From contig CAZWVU010000004.1 in NCBI GenBank assembly GCA_964637575.1, positions 14,788 to 78,787 of the forward strand: DNA of 64,000 nucleotides. Reading direction: 5' to 3'. Source of the DNA: an uncultured Candidatus Saccharibacteria bacterium (GTDB lineage Bacteria > Patescibacteriota > Minisyncoccia > UBA6257 > WO2-44-18). Each line of letters opens with the position of its first letter. The stretch's first letter is position 1. The position numbers and the translations under genes are program-made. The notes beneath the pieces are model-generated. The model worked only from the letters and a program-made list of their open reading frames with translations. It ran no database searches and was not told where the DNA came from. Of this stretch, positions 27,032-35,909 are shown piece by piece.

Positions 27032-28049
27032 TCTTATCAAAAATTTAATCAAACGGGCGAAAGGAATTTCGTTGAACGGTGTTGAGAGGGCGGAAATCCG
27101 CCATCGTCTTTCTGCGTTCGCGCGCGGGCATGAGGCCCTGGGCGCCGCATCCCGGACTCCGTGGCTGATCCGCATACTGAAGCCGGCGCTGGCCGGAGTG
27201 ATTCTTGCCGGCCTGGCGGGCGGCGGAGTTTCCTTTGCGGCTGAAAATTCTTTGCCGGGCGATCCGCTCTATCCTGTGAAGATCAATGTTATCGAACCAG
27301 TACAGGGATGGTTCGCCGTTTCTTCTGAAGCCAGAGCCGATTGGGAGGCGAAGCTGGCGGAACGGCGGCTGGAAGAAGCCGAGAAGCTCGCGGCCGAGAA
27401 CCGCCTGGACGATGAGAAGCGCGCCGAAGCCGAGTCGGAGTTCCAGAAACACGCGGAAAAAGCCAAAGAGCATATCGCCGCGCTGGAAGCCGGCGCCGAT
27501 CTCAATGCTGCCTCCAATATCAGCTCGCGCATCGAGGCGTCGTTCAAGGCGCACGGAAAAATTTTGCAGAAACTGATGCGCGGCGGGGAAGTCGGCGCCA
27601 AAGCTGACGCAGAGGCGGACATTGCTTCCACCACCCGGGCGGCGATAGAAGCGAGAATTTCCGCCGAGGAAGGTCCGGACGAGCAGTCGGCCGCCGAAGG
27701 GAAGGAGGGAGCGGCGCAGAGCAAGATCCAGGAAGTGCAGCAGTTCCTGTCCGGACTGGACGCGAGTACGACCGCGCAGGCGAACGCGCGTCTGACCGAG
27801 GCGGATACCGTATTCGCGCAGGGACAGGCGGAGCTTTCGGCCGGGCATTCTGGCGCGGCCTTCGTGCTCTTCCAGCAGGCGATGCGGATCGCCCAGGAAG
27901 CGAAATTACTGATCGAAGCGCATAAAAATTTTGAGATTGAATTGAAGCTCAACGGCAATTTCCATCTCAAAGGCGACCATGAAGATCAGCGCGCATCCGA
28001 AGGGGAGGGCAGTGCCAAAACCGAGGCGGAACTTGACTTGAATTTGTAG
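27025..28049 (+). CDS. Putative anti-sigma factor with DUF5667 domain and coiled-coil C-terminus
   Basis: Overlaps the sigma gene stop. Single TM. PGDPLYPVK motif. Long Ala/Glu-rich helical region. Confidence 0.55.
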
Positions 28050-28056
28050 TGGCTCC

Positions 28057-28194
28057 GGCCACCACCCCACTTCCTCGGGAACCGGGTGTCCGTTGCGCTC
28101 CAGCGGCGCAATGGCACCACTAAACGCTCGGCGATTTGCAGGGCACCAAGCCAAATCGCCTCCGCGATTTTCCCTGTGGAGTGTGGTGGTGGCC
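28057..28194 (+). ncRNA. Copy 2 of the GGGAACCGGGUGUCC structured element
   Basis: Closing stem GGCCACCACCCCACTTCC / GTGGAGTGTGGTGGTGGCC. Core ~90% identical to copy 1, with compensatory changes in both hairpins. Confidence 0.6.
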
Positions 28195-28252
28195 TCTTAC
28201 TTATTTTAGGAATCAAAAATCCGCCTCTTCGGCGGGTTTTTGATTTAAGAAC

Positions 28253-28570
28253 CTAGCAGCAGCGGCCTTGGCTGCCATCGCAGCACTTGCACTTTCCCTT
28301 GAACATTTTCTTCAAGCCGATGAGCGCAAGCAGAACCGGCCAGGCCATATCAACAAAATCCGATCCCAAGACGCCAAGCGCTTTCAATAAAAACGCGAGA
28401 CCGATCAGAAAAATGAAGAACCCGGTCGCTTTGTGGTGCGGGCACTTGCACATCATCCCGCCCTCTTTCATCATTCCTTCTCCTTCCATAGTGTGTAGAT
28501 TTAAAAAAATTATATCGACCTTGCGAGATTTTCTAAGTATACCACACTCTTCAATCTGACGTTTGCCCAA
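28253..28570 (-). CDS. Small Cys-rich membrane protein (hypothetical)
   Basis: Hydrophobic core FFIFLIGLAFLL...WPVLLALIGL flanked by CKCPHH and CKCCDGSQGRCC. Confidence 0.4.
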   Translation of the reverse strand: MGKRQIEECGILRKSRKVDIIFLNLHTMEGEGMMKEGGMMCKCPHHKATGFFIFLIGLAFLLKALGVLGSDFVDMAWPVLLALIGLKKMFKGKCKCCDGSQGRCC

Positions 28571-28603
28571 GATAATAAAAAATCCCCCTGTTTTCAGGGG
28601 ATT

Positions 28604-28730
28604 TGGTTGGCCCGGGAGGGATTGCCTACAACTCTCGGCTCGCCGTCGCTCGCCTCGGTCGCAGGCCGCCCCTCGTCCACGATTTTCTACTGAAAATCGG
28701 GACTGCGGGCTTCAATCCCTCCGAAACGAT
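28604..28730 (-). ncRNA. tRNA-Met-linked conserved element ending in a copy of the tRNA-Met T-arm/acceptor 3' segment
   Basis: Minus-strand read GGAGGGATTGAAGCCCGCAG...GAGGGGCGGCCTGCGA...GTTGTAGGCAATCCCTCCCGGGCCAACC(A). The 3' 21 nt equal the tRNA-Met 3' end. Duplicated terminator at 28576-28603. Confidence 0.55.
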
Positions 28731-28752
28731 AAATCCCCTGAAACAGGGGATT

Positions 28753-28829
28753 TGGTTGGCCCGGGAGGGATTGAACCTCCAACCTCGCGGATTATGAGTC
28801 CGGCGCTCTACCAGTTGAGCTACGGGCCA
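28753..28829 (-). tRNA. tRNA-Met (anticodon CAT; could also be lysidine-type Ile2), CCA encoded
   Basis: Cloverleaf: acceptor TGGCCCG/CGGGCCA, D arm GCTC/GAGC, anticodon loop CTCATAA, T arm GGAGG-TTCAATC-CCTCC. 77 nt. Confidence 0.85.
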
Positions 28830-28896
28830 CCGCTCGAATTTGCTTTTCATAATATGCCATACAACCAGATGCTTGTCAATTCTTATCAACGCTGGT

Positions 28897-29457
28897 ATGA
28901 TGTTCCCAATGAAACTGATCCTGGTCCGGCACTGTGAAACCGATTGGAATGCGGCGGGGCGCATGCAAGGACAGACGGATACGAGCCTCAACGAAACGGG
29001 CCGCCAGCAGGCTCTGGATCTTTGCGATCAGCTCTCACCCCTCGGCATTTCCCGCATCTACAGCTCCGATCTGAAACGGGCGGCGCAAACCGGATATATT
29101 ATCGGCCTCCGACTTGGAATGCCGGTGCTGGCCGAGCCGCGCCTGCGCGAGTGCCGTTTCGGAATGCTTGAGGGAATGACTTTCGCGGAAGCCGTCGGCC
29201 ATTATCCGCATCCCCACCTTTATCCGTTCAATGCCCAATTTTATACCAGCGAAAAGCAGCCGTACGATTTTACCGCGTATGGCGGGGAAAGCCGCGGGCA
29301 GGTGCTGAAGCGCCATCTGGAGTTTATTGCGGAGCTCAAAAAAAATTTCCCCGACGAAACGGTGCTACTGATCGGGCACGGAACGGCGCTGAACACGCTC
29401 CTTGCCGAATTCGGACAGGAACCGAACCTGAAACGCGGCGAAATCCGTTTTCTCTAG
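28897..29457 (+). CDS. Histidine phosphatase (phosphoglycerate mutase family)
   Basis: LVRHCETDWN (RHG-type catalytic motif) and C-terminal IGHGTA. Confidence 0.75.
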   Translation: MMFPMKLILVRHCETDWNAAGRMQGQTDTSLNETGRQQALDLCDQLSPLGISRIYSSDLKRAAQTGYIIGLRLGMPVLAEPRLRECRFGMLEGMTFAEAVGHYPHPHLYPFNAQFYTSEKQPYDFTAYGGESRGQVLKRHLEFIAELKKNFPDETVLLIGHGTALNTLLAEFGQEPNLKRGEIRFL

Positions 29458-29460
29458 TGT

Positions 29461-30171
29461 TTATTTGGTAAACGGTTTGTCGAACGCGAGCACCCAGATG
29501 AAATTCATGACGTACCGGGAAATAGTCCGGACATAGCCGTGTTTGCGGAAACGGCGGGAAGAGGAATAGACCAGAAGTCCGGGAGCAAAGATTACTTTGC
29601 CGATTTTCCGGAGCTGTTTGCCGATCTTCACGTCATCGCCGAAAAATTTGTAACTCACGTCCAGACCGCCGATTTTTTCCAGCGCTTCGCGCCGAGCCGC
29701 CACATTTCCGCCGAAGACGACGCTGCCGATGCGGAGAATGTAGTGCACCAGAAAATAGGCCGGATAGGCATATACAAGGAAGCCGTAAAACGTGATGAAT
29801 TTTCCCAGCCCGTGCTGGTCGTGATAGGCATACGGGCCGCTGACCCCGACCACGCCGGGTTTGGAAAGATGGCGGATGGCGGTCTCGCTCCAGTCGGCGG
29901 CGAGCCAGTTATCGGCGTCAATAAAGGCGATGATGTCTCCCGTGGCGATTTTCCGTCCCGCTTCACGGGCAATATTGGTGCCCGGCGTCGTTTCTACGAT
30001 CACTTTTGTCTTCGGATAAGCAGCGGCGATTTCCCGTGTCCGGTCGGAGCTGCCGTTGTCGGCAATAATAATCTCTTTGACCAGTTCCGCTGGTTGTTTT
30101 AGGATATATTCTATTGTCCGACCGATGCCTTCTTCCTCATTGCGGGCCGGGATGACAAACGAAATCTGCAT
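29461..30171 (-). CDS. GT2 glycosyltransferase
   Basis: ISFVIPARNEE, IIIADNGSSDRT, IAFIDADN. Confidence 0.85.
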   Translation of the reverse strand: MQISFVIPARNEEEGIGRTIEYILKQPAELVKEIIIADNGSSDRTREIAAAYPKTKVIVETTPGTNIAREAGRKIATGDIIAFIDADNWLAADWSETAIRHLSKPGVVGVSGPYAYHDQHGLGKFITFYGFLVYAYPAYFLVHYILRIGSVVFGGNVAARREALEKIGGLDVSYKFFGDDVKIGKQLRKIGKVIFAPGLLVYSSSRRFRKHGYVRTISRYVMNFIWVLAFDKPFTK

Positions 30172-30498
30172 ATGAATTCTTTACTTGTAAAATCTGTGTT
30201 TGCGGCAAGCGCGGCGATCCTGATCCTTGCTTCTGTATTATTCTACCTGCAACTTGCGCCAATCCGCAACGTGATTGTGGTGGGTTTTGACGGTTTCCGC
30301 GACCTGAATATACTCGGCACGAGTGCCGATATTTCCGCGATTCTGGTGTCCGGAGGGCTGCTTCTTCTGATGAACATGGGTTTGGCGGCCGTCTGGGCTC
30401 CGCGGGAACGGTTTTATGCGGCGGTACTGCCGTTTGTCTCGCTTTTTATCTCGATATTGATTTTAATTTCGGTCGGTGTTACGATTGCTAGCAATTAG
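30172..30498 (+). CDS. Hypothetical small membrane protein
   Basis: 108-aa ORF with three hydrophobic segments. Divergent from the GT2 gene. Confidence 0.4.
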   Translation: MNSLLVKSVFAASAAILILASVLFYLQLAPIRNVIVVGFDGFRDLNILGTSADISAILVSGGLLLLMNMGLAAVWAPRERFYAAVLPFVSLFISILILISVGVTIASN

Positions 30499-30504
30499 TT
30501 TCAT

Positions 30505-30831
30505 ATGTTTGCAATCATCGAAACCGGCGGCAAGCAGTACAAAGTAGCCCCCGGGCAAAAACTGAAAATTGAAAAGCTGTCCGACAAAGACGGAGCGCTT
30601 ATTAAAGTCGGCGACGCGGTGTCTTTTGACAAGGTACTTTTGCTCGCCGACGGAGAGGACGTGAAAGTCGGCATGCCGAATGTGTCCGGCGCCAAGGTGG
30701 ACGCGAAGGTGCTCCGCCAAGGACACGCCAAGACTGTGATTGTCTTTAAGTATCACTCCAAGACCCGCTATCGGAAAAAGAAAGGCCACCGGCAGCTGTT
30801 TACCGAGGTGGAAATCACCAGCGTGAAATAA
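30505..30831 (+). CDS. rplU: 50S ribosomal protein L21
   Basis: MFAIIETGGKQYKV...GHRQ. Followed by a terminator. Confidence 0.95.
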   Translation: MFAIIETGGKQYKVAPGQKLKIEKLSDKDGALIKVGDAVSFDKVLLLADGEDVKVGMPNVSGAKVDAKVLRQGHAKTVIVFKYHSKTRYRKKKGHRQLFTEVEITSVK

Positions 30832-30857
30832 AAAGAGGCTCATTGAGCCTCTTTTTA
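30831..30857 (+). terminator. Rho-independent terminator after rplU
   Basis: AAAAGAGGCTC-ATT-GAGCCTCTTTTT. Confidence 0.8.
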
Positions 30858-30900
30858 TGTAACCGTAACAATCGTCCAGAGTTCCCGCAAACGGGAATAT

Positions 30901-31470
30901 CTAGCTGCGGTTGTCCAACGCGCCGGAAAGCGTTTCTTCGTCGGCGAATTCAATTTCACCACCCGTGGGGATGCCGCGGCCGAGACGAGTAATTGTTTTC
31001 GTTGAATCCTTCAGTTCCTGGGCGATGATGGTGGAGTTGAGATCGCCGTAGGTGGTCGGGCTGATGGCGAGGATGACCTCTTCGGCATTGCTGATTGTTT
31101 TCAATCGGAGTTTTTGCATTGCGTTGAGCACGCCGTCTTTTTTAAGATCACCGAGGACGAGGTAGCGCCCGTTGAATTTTTTGGTCTTCTCCAATGAGAG
31201 GAGATCGGTTTCTTTTTCCACGATCGCGATCACATCCTTGCGGCGGCCCGGATCGGAGCAGATGGCGCAGAGATCTTTGTTGGGCGTGGTGAGAAAACAC
31301 TGGCGGCAGCCGCTCAACTCGCCGAGGCCGTTGACCGACCGGGCGATTTCAAACACTTCGCCCTTGCCGAGCGAGGCTATGTAATATGCGAGCCGGGTGG
31401 CCTGACGTGGTCCAATGCCGGGAAGTTTCGCGAAATAATCCACAAATTTTTTTATGGGCTCGGGAAGCAT
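30901..31470 (-). CDS. recR: Recombination protein RecR
   Basis: HhH LPGIGPRQA. C4 zinc finger CRQC...CAIC. Toprim region. Confidence 0.9.
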   Translation of the reverse strand: MLPEPIKKFVDYFAKLPGIGPRQATRLAYYIASLGKGEVFEIARSVNGLGELSGCRQCFLTTPNKDLCAICSDPGRRKDVIAIVEKETDLLSLEKTKKFNGRYLVLGDLKKDGVLNAMQKLRLKTISNAEEVILAISPTTYGDLNSTIIAQELKDSTKTITRLGRGIPTGGEIEFADEETLSGALDNRS

Positions 31471-31471
31471 A

Positions 31472-32824
31472 TTAATGCATGGTATCCAAATCCTTGAAGC
31501 TGGCCTTTTCCGCGTCGAAGAACAGTTCGAATTCTCCGAGCGGGCCGTTGCGGTGCTTGGCGACGTTTACCATGGCGAGGTTGCGCGCCGGATCGTTCAT
31601 GTCGTTTTTGTCGCGGGGTTCCTTGCGGGACATTAAGATTACCACGTCTGCATCCTGTTCAATAGAGCCGGATTCGCGGAGATCGGAGAGCCGGGGAGCC
31701 CGGCTGTCGCGCTGTTCGACGGCGCGGGAAAGCTGGGAGAGGGCGATGACCGGGACATTGAGTTCGCGGCCCAACGCCTTCAACTGGCGGGAGATTTCCG
31801 TGATCTGCTGGACGACGTTGTCGTTATTGAGACGCGGTTGGATGAGCTGAAGGTAGTCCACCACGATCGCGCTCAGGCCGTGTTCGGCCTGGAGACGGCG
31901 CGCCATGGAGCGCATCTGGATGATATTGGGCGACGGCGTGTCGTCCACGAAGATCGGCGCCGTGGAGAGCCGATCATAGGCGACCTGAAGCAGAGGCATA
32001 TGCTCCTCCTCATTCAGGCGGCCGCTGCGGAGCTGCCAGAGCGGCACGCCCGCTTCCGCCGACACGAGGCGGTCCAGAATCTGATCCTTGCTCATTTCCA
32101 GCGAGAAGACGCCGACGGGCTGTTTCTCGCGGACGCCGATGTGGCGGGCAATGTCCAGCGCGAAGGAAGTCTTACCGACAGAAGGACGGGCGCCGATGAC
32201 GATGAAGTCGGAGGGCCGGAGGCCGGAGAGAATGGCGTCCAGTTTCTTGAATCCGGTCGGCAGACCGCCGGGGCCGAGCTCGCCGCGCTGGAGCTTGTCG
32301 ATGCGCTCGATGGTTTTCGGAAGTTCGTCGCGCACGAGTGTGAACTTCTGGGATACGGAACGCTGGGAGATGGAAAAAATCCGCTGCTCGATTTCGTCGA
32401 GCGCCGCTTCGAGGTCGCCGCCGACGTTGAAGGCTTTTTCAGTGATCTCCGCCGAGGCGGTGATCAGATCGCGGAGCACTTTTTTCTCCTTGACGATCTT
32501 CGCGTAGTTGGCGACATGGGACGCGGTCGGCACGGCGTCCATCAGCTGGCTTAAATAGGTGGAGCCGCCGATATCTTTGAGGATGCCGCGCTCTTTCAGC
32601 TCGTTGGAAACCGTCACCAGGTCCACCGGTTGGTGTTTGGTGAAAATTTTTAAAATGGAGTCGTAAATTTCGCCGTTCTGCGGATGATAAAAATCCTGCG
32701 GCTGCAAAATATCCGCGACCTGGATGATGGCGTTCTTATCGATCAGCAGCGCGCCGAGCACGGAGTTCTCGGCTTCCAGATTCTGCGGCGGAAGTTTCAA
32801 TCCTGTTTTCTTCATGCCTGCCAT
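31472..32824 (-). CDS. dnaB: Replicative DNA helicase DnaB
   Basis: N-terminal DnaB domain. Walker A GARPSVGKTSF. RecA-like core. 450 aa. Confidence 0.9.
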   Translation of the reverse strand: MAGMKKTGLKLPPQNLEAENSVLGALLIDKNAIIQVADILQPQDFYHPQNGEIYDSILKIFTKHQPVDLVTVSNELKERGILKDIGGSTYLSQLMDAVPTASHVANYAKIVKEKKVLRDLITASAEITEKAFNVGGDLEAALDEIEQRIFSISQRSVSQKFTLVRDELPKTIERIDKLQRGELGPGGLPTGFKKLDAILSGLRPSDFIVIGARPSVGKTSFALDIARHIGVREKQPVGVFSLEMSKDQILDRLVSAEAGVPLWQLRSGRLNEEEHMPLLQVAYDRLSTAPIFVDDTPSPNIIQMRSMARRLQAEHGLSAIVVDYLQLIQPRLNNDNVVQQITEISRQLKALGRELNVPVIALSQLSRAVEQRDSRAPRLSDLRESGSIEQDADVVILMSRKEPRDKNDMNDPARNLAMVNVAKHRNGPLGEFELFFDAEKASFKDLDTMH

Positions 32825-32882
32825 TACCCTTCATACTACCCGCTTCGGAAGACCGAAAACAATAGGAAAGGGGGAGAACTTG

Positions 32883-34268
32883 TTAAGAAGTTTTTTTCGG
32901 CCAGAGAAACGGGCCGGCGGGCGTGTCTTCGAGGATGTATCCGAGCGTTTCAATCTCTTTCCGGAGCCGGTCGGAGTCGGCAAACTGCCTGGCGGCTCTG
33001 AATTTTTCCCGTGCGTTCGCCAGCTTTTCAGCTTTGGAGGGAATTTCCGGCATGTCCGGCGTGATGCCAAACAAATCCAGCTTCGCTATCAGCCATTTCC
33101 GGATTACTCCGGCTGTTTTTTTATCGAAATTCCAGATCTTCGGGTTGGCGGCGGCGATCAGCCCGAACAGCCCGGCCAGGGCGCCCGGCGTATTGAAGTC
33201 GTCTTCCAATGCCTCACGGAACTTCGTTTCGTAATTTTCAATTTCCAATTTAGGGTCTTCAATCCCGGAAGATTTTTTAGGAAACGCTAATTTAGCGAGA
33301 AACTGGGCGATGCCGTCCAGCGCCGCGGCCGACTGGCGCACCAGTTCGTCGGAGTAATCGAGCGGGGAACGGTAGTGATGGCTCAAGGTGACAAACCGGA
33401 GCAATGCCGCGGAATGATCTTTGAGAAAATCGCGGATGGTAATAAAATTGCCGAGACTTTTGGACATTTTCTGGCCGTTCACGAGGAGGTGGCCGGCGTG
33501 CATCCAGATCGCGGCCAGCGGCGCTTTTCCCGAGGCGGCTTCCTGCTGGGCGATTTCGGCTTCGTGGTGGGGGAACTTCAGGTCGATGCCGCCGCCATGG
33601 ATATCGTATTGCGGGCCGAAAAATTTTTCGGTGATGGCGGTATCCTCGATGTGCCAGCCGGGCCGGCCTTCTCCGAGCGGCGTGTTCCAGGACGGTTCTC
33701 CCGGTTTGGAGAATTTCCAAAGCGCGAAGTCGCCCTTATTTTTTTTGCCTATGCTCTCATCGATGCGCGTTACCGAGTCTTCCGCCTGTTGGACGGTGCG
33801 TTTGGCGAGTTTCCCGTATTCGGGAAAAGTGGCGATATCGAAATACCAGCCGTCGTCCTCTATTTTATAGGCATGGCCTTTGTCGATAAGCGTCTGAATC
33901 TGGGCGGTGATTTCCTTTATGTATTTGGTCGCCGGCGCGTATTTCGTGACGGAATCTATGCCGAGCGCCTTCTCGTCTTCGTGGTAGGCTTTTTCGAATT
34001 TCTTGGCGACGTCCGCGGCGCGCACCCCCTCTTCGCGGGCGCGGCGGATAATTTTATCGTCGACGTCGGTGACGTTCTGGAGATAAAACACTTTCAGGCC
34101 GCGGGAGCGGAGATAGGTTGCGAATGCGTCAAAGACAATATAGGTGCGGGCGTTGCCGATATGGGCGTAATCATATGGCGTGAGGCCGCAGACGAAAAGT
34201 TTAAGAGGGCCGCGCGCAGGCGGTACAAGAGGTTCTTTATGGCCGGAGAGAGTGTTATAGATAAACAT
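32883..34268 (-). CDS. cysS: Cysteinyl-tRNA synthetase
   Basis: HIGNART (HIGH) and KMSKSLGN motifs. 461 aa. Confidence 0.9.
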   Translation of the reverse strand: MFIYNTLSGHKEPLVPPARGPLKLFVCGLTPYDYAHIGNARTYIVFDAFATYLRSRGLKVFYLQNVTDVDDKIIRRAREEGVRAADVAKKFEKAYHEDEKALGIDSVTKYAPATKYIKEITAQIQTLIDKGHAYKIEDDGWYFDIATFPEYGKLAKRTVQQAEDSVTRIDESIGKKNKGDFALWKFSKPGEPSWNTPLGEGRPGWHIEDTAITEKFFGPQYDIHGGGIDLKFPHHEAEIAQQEAASGKAPLAAIWMHAGHLLVNGQKMSKSLGNFITIRDFLKDHSAALLRFVTLSHHYRSPLDYSDELVRQSAAALDGIAQFLAKLAFPKKSSGIEDPKLEIENYETKFREALEDDFNTPGALAGLFGLIAAANPKIWNFDKKTAGVIRKWLIAKLDLFGITPDMPEIPSKAEKLANAREKFRAARQFADSDRLRKEIETLGYILEDTPAGPFLWPKKTS

Positions 34269-34302
34269 TCAATAATTTTAAATTTCAAATTTAAAATTTG
34301 GG

Positions 34303-35211
34303 TTACAGCCACTTTTTCTTTTTGAAGAAAATGATCAGGCCGATCACGGTGATGCCGAGCACAATAAAGATCGTCCAGAACCGGAGCGGCGTCGCGGTAA
34401 TGAAGTTTCCGATAAAGCTGACGGAGAGGAGCGACGTGAACAGCCCGAGGGGAATGGCGAGAAACGCGAGGATGGTAAATCTTTGCATGACCTTGTTGGT
34501 TTTGGCACTCAAGAGCTGGCCGTTGGTCTCCTCGAGGGCCTCGATCGTGGCCTGGTAGTTTTCCACGTGCTGGGTGACTTTGGAATAATCGCCGGCGAGA
34601 TCGGAAAGATAAATCTGATTATTCTCCCCCCAGAACTTTCTTCCTGTTTCCACAAGCGATTCCAGGAGAATTTCCTGGGGCGCGCTGATGACGCTGAAGT
34701 CCAGGACGTCGCGTTTTGCGTAGGAAATCTTTTCCAGCATCTCGTCCTCCTTACCCTTGAAAATTTCCTCGGAGATGGTGCGGATGTTGTCTTCCACGTG
34801 GCGAAGCTGGCGGAGGGAAAAATGGATGATCTCCTGGATCAGGAAATAGACGCACTGGGCGGTGTCATCCAGCGCTTTGGTTTTGAAATGAACATTGTTG
34901 TTGAGCGAACGCATGAAGGCGTCGATCGGTTCGAGGTCTTCGTAGTGCACGGTGATTACCTGCTTCTTCGTGATCAGAAAATCTATTTCCGCCCGCCGGG
35001 AAGTTTTCAGGGTCTTGTCGTAGACGGGCAGATGGTAGGTGAGGAAAAGGTAGGTGGGATAAAATTCGACGCGGGAGCGGTTGGAAAGATGAAGAAGCTC
35101 GTCGAGAATGATCGGGTGGAACTTATGCTGTTTTTTTAAAAAATCAATGTCCGACTTGGTCGGTTTGAGAATATCAATCCAGGCGGCGTTGTCAGATTTG
35201 GTTATCCACAT
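34303..35211 (-). CDS. corA: CorA-family divalent cation transporter
   Basis: Cytoplasmic alpha/beta domain and two C-terminal TM helices with a GNF (GMN-like) loop. 302 aa. Confidence 0.7.
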   Translation of the reverse strand: MWITKSDNAAWIDILKPTKSDIDFLKKQHKFHPIILDELLHLSNRSRVEFYPTYLFLTYHLPVYDKTLKTSRRAEIDFLITKKQVITVHYEDLEPIDAFMRSLNNNVHFKTKALDDTAQCVYFLIQEIIHFSLRQLRHVEDNIRTISEEIFKGKEDEMLEKISYAKRDVLDFSVISAPQEILLESLVETGRKFWGENNQIYLSDLAGDYSKVTQHVENYQATIEALEETNGQLLSAKTNKVMQRFTILAFLAIPLGLFTSLLSVSFIGNFITATPLRFWTIFIVLGITVIGLIIFFKKKKWL

Positions 35212-35231
35212 CTATGTCATGATTATAATAT

Positions 35232-35882
35232 ATGAAGGAAATATTACGAAAACCGCTGGTCTGGCTGAATATTATTTCCCTTACATTTGTGGGCATTTTG
35301 ATCGCGGGTCTGGCGTTCGGCTGGAATAATCCGGTCGCGGCGCCGGCGGGGGGAAGCGGGGCGATCAGTGTAAGTCCGGCCGGAAACGTGGGCATCGGCA
35401 ACAGTGTGCCGGGCGCGAAACTGGATATTGCCGGCAACGTGCAATGGAGCGGCACGCTTCTGAACGGAGCGGTGCCATGGGCAAGGCTGTCGGCGTTTCC
35501 GGCCGCCTGTCCCGCCGGGCAGTTTGTCAGTCAGATCGGAGCCGGCCTTGTCTGCGGGGTGCCGCCATCTTCGAGCGGCGTCACCGGCAGCGGCACCATA
35601 GGAAATATTGCTGCGTGGACGGGAGTGTCATCGCTCGGGAATCTGACTGGAACCGTCACGTTTCCCGGAGATATCAATGTCCCCGGTCTTATCACGGGAT
35701 CCCAGACCACCGTTTCCGGACCTCAAGCCTTCAATTCTTCCGGCTACTGGGGAGGCGCGGCCTTTGGCACTACCGGCGGAGCCTGGTCCAAAGTCTGCCC
35801 GGCCGGGCAAATTATGGTGGGCATAGGCCAGGCAACCAACGGAAGTCTCCCGACGCCGTACATCATTTGCGCGCCTCTGTAA
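35232..35882 (+). CDS. Membrane-anchored surface protein, tail-fibre-like N-terminal motif (paralog 1)
   Basis: N-terminal TM followed by GWNNP...APAGGSGAI...GNVGIG...KLDIAGN. Gly/Thr-rich C-terminus. Confidence 0.55.
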   Translation: MKEILRKPLVWLNIISLTFVGILIAGLAFGWNNPVAAPAGGSGAISVSPAGNVGIGNSVPGAKLDIAGNVQWSGTLLNGAVPWARLSAFPAACPAGQFVSQIGAGLVCGVPPSSSGVTGSGTIGNIAAWTGVSSLGNLTGTVTFPGDINVPGLITGSQTTVSGPQAFNSSGYWGGAAFGTTGGAWSKVCPAGQIMVGIGQATNGSLPTPYIICAPL

Positions 35883-35909
35883 TACTCGATTTGCTATAAT
35901 AAAAAGCAA

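Noticed and set aside
28563-28991. ORFs 28563..28937 (+) and 28626..28991 (−) across the tRNA-Met locus
   Set aside because: They overlap a confidently folded tRNA and its duplicated 3' segment and terminators. No protein features are evident.
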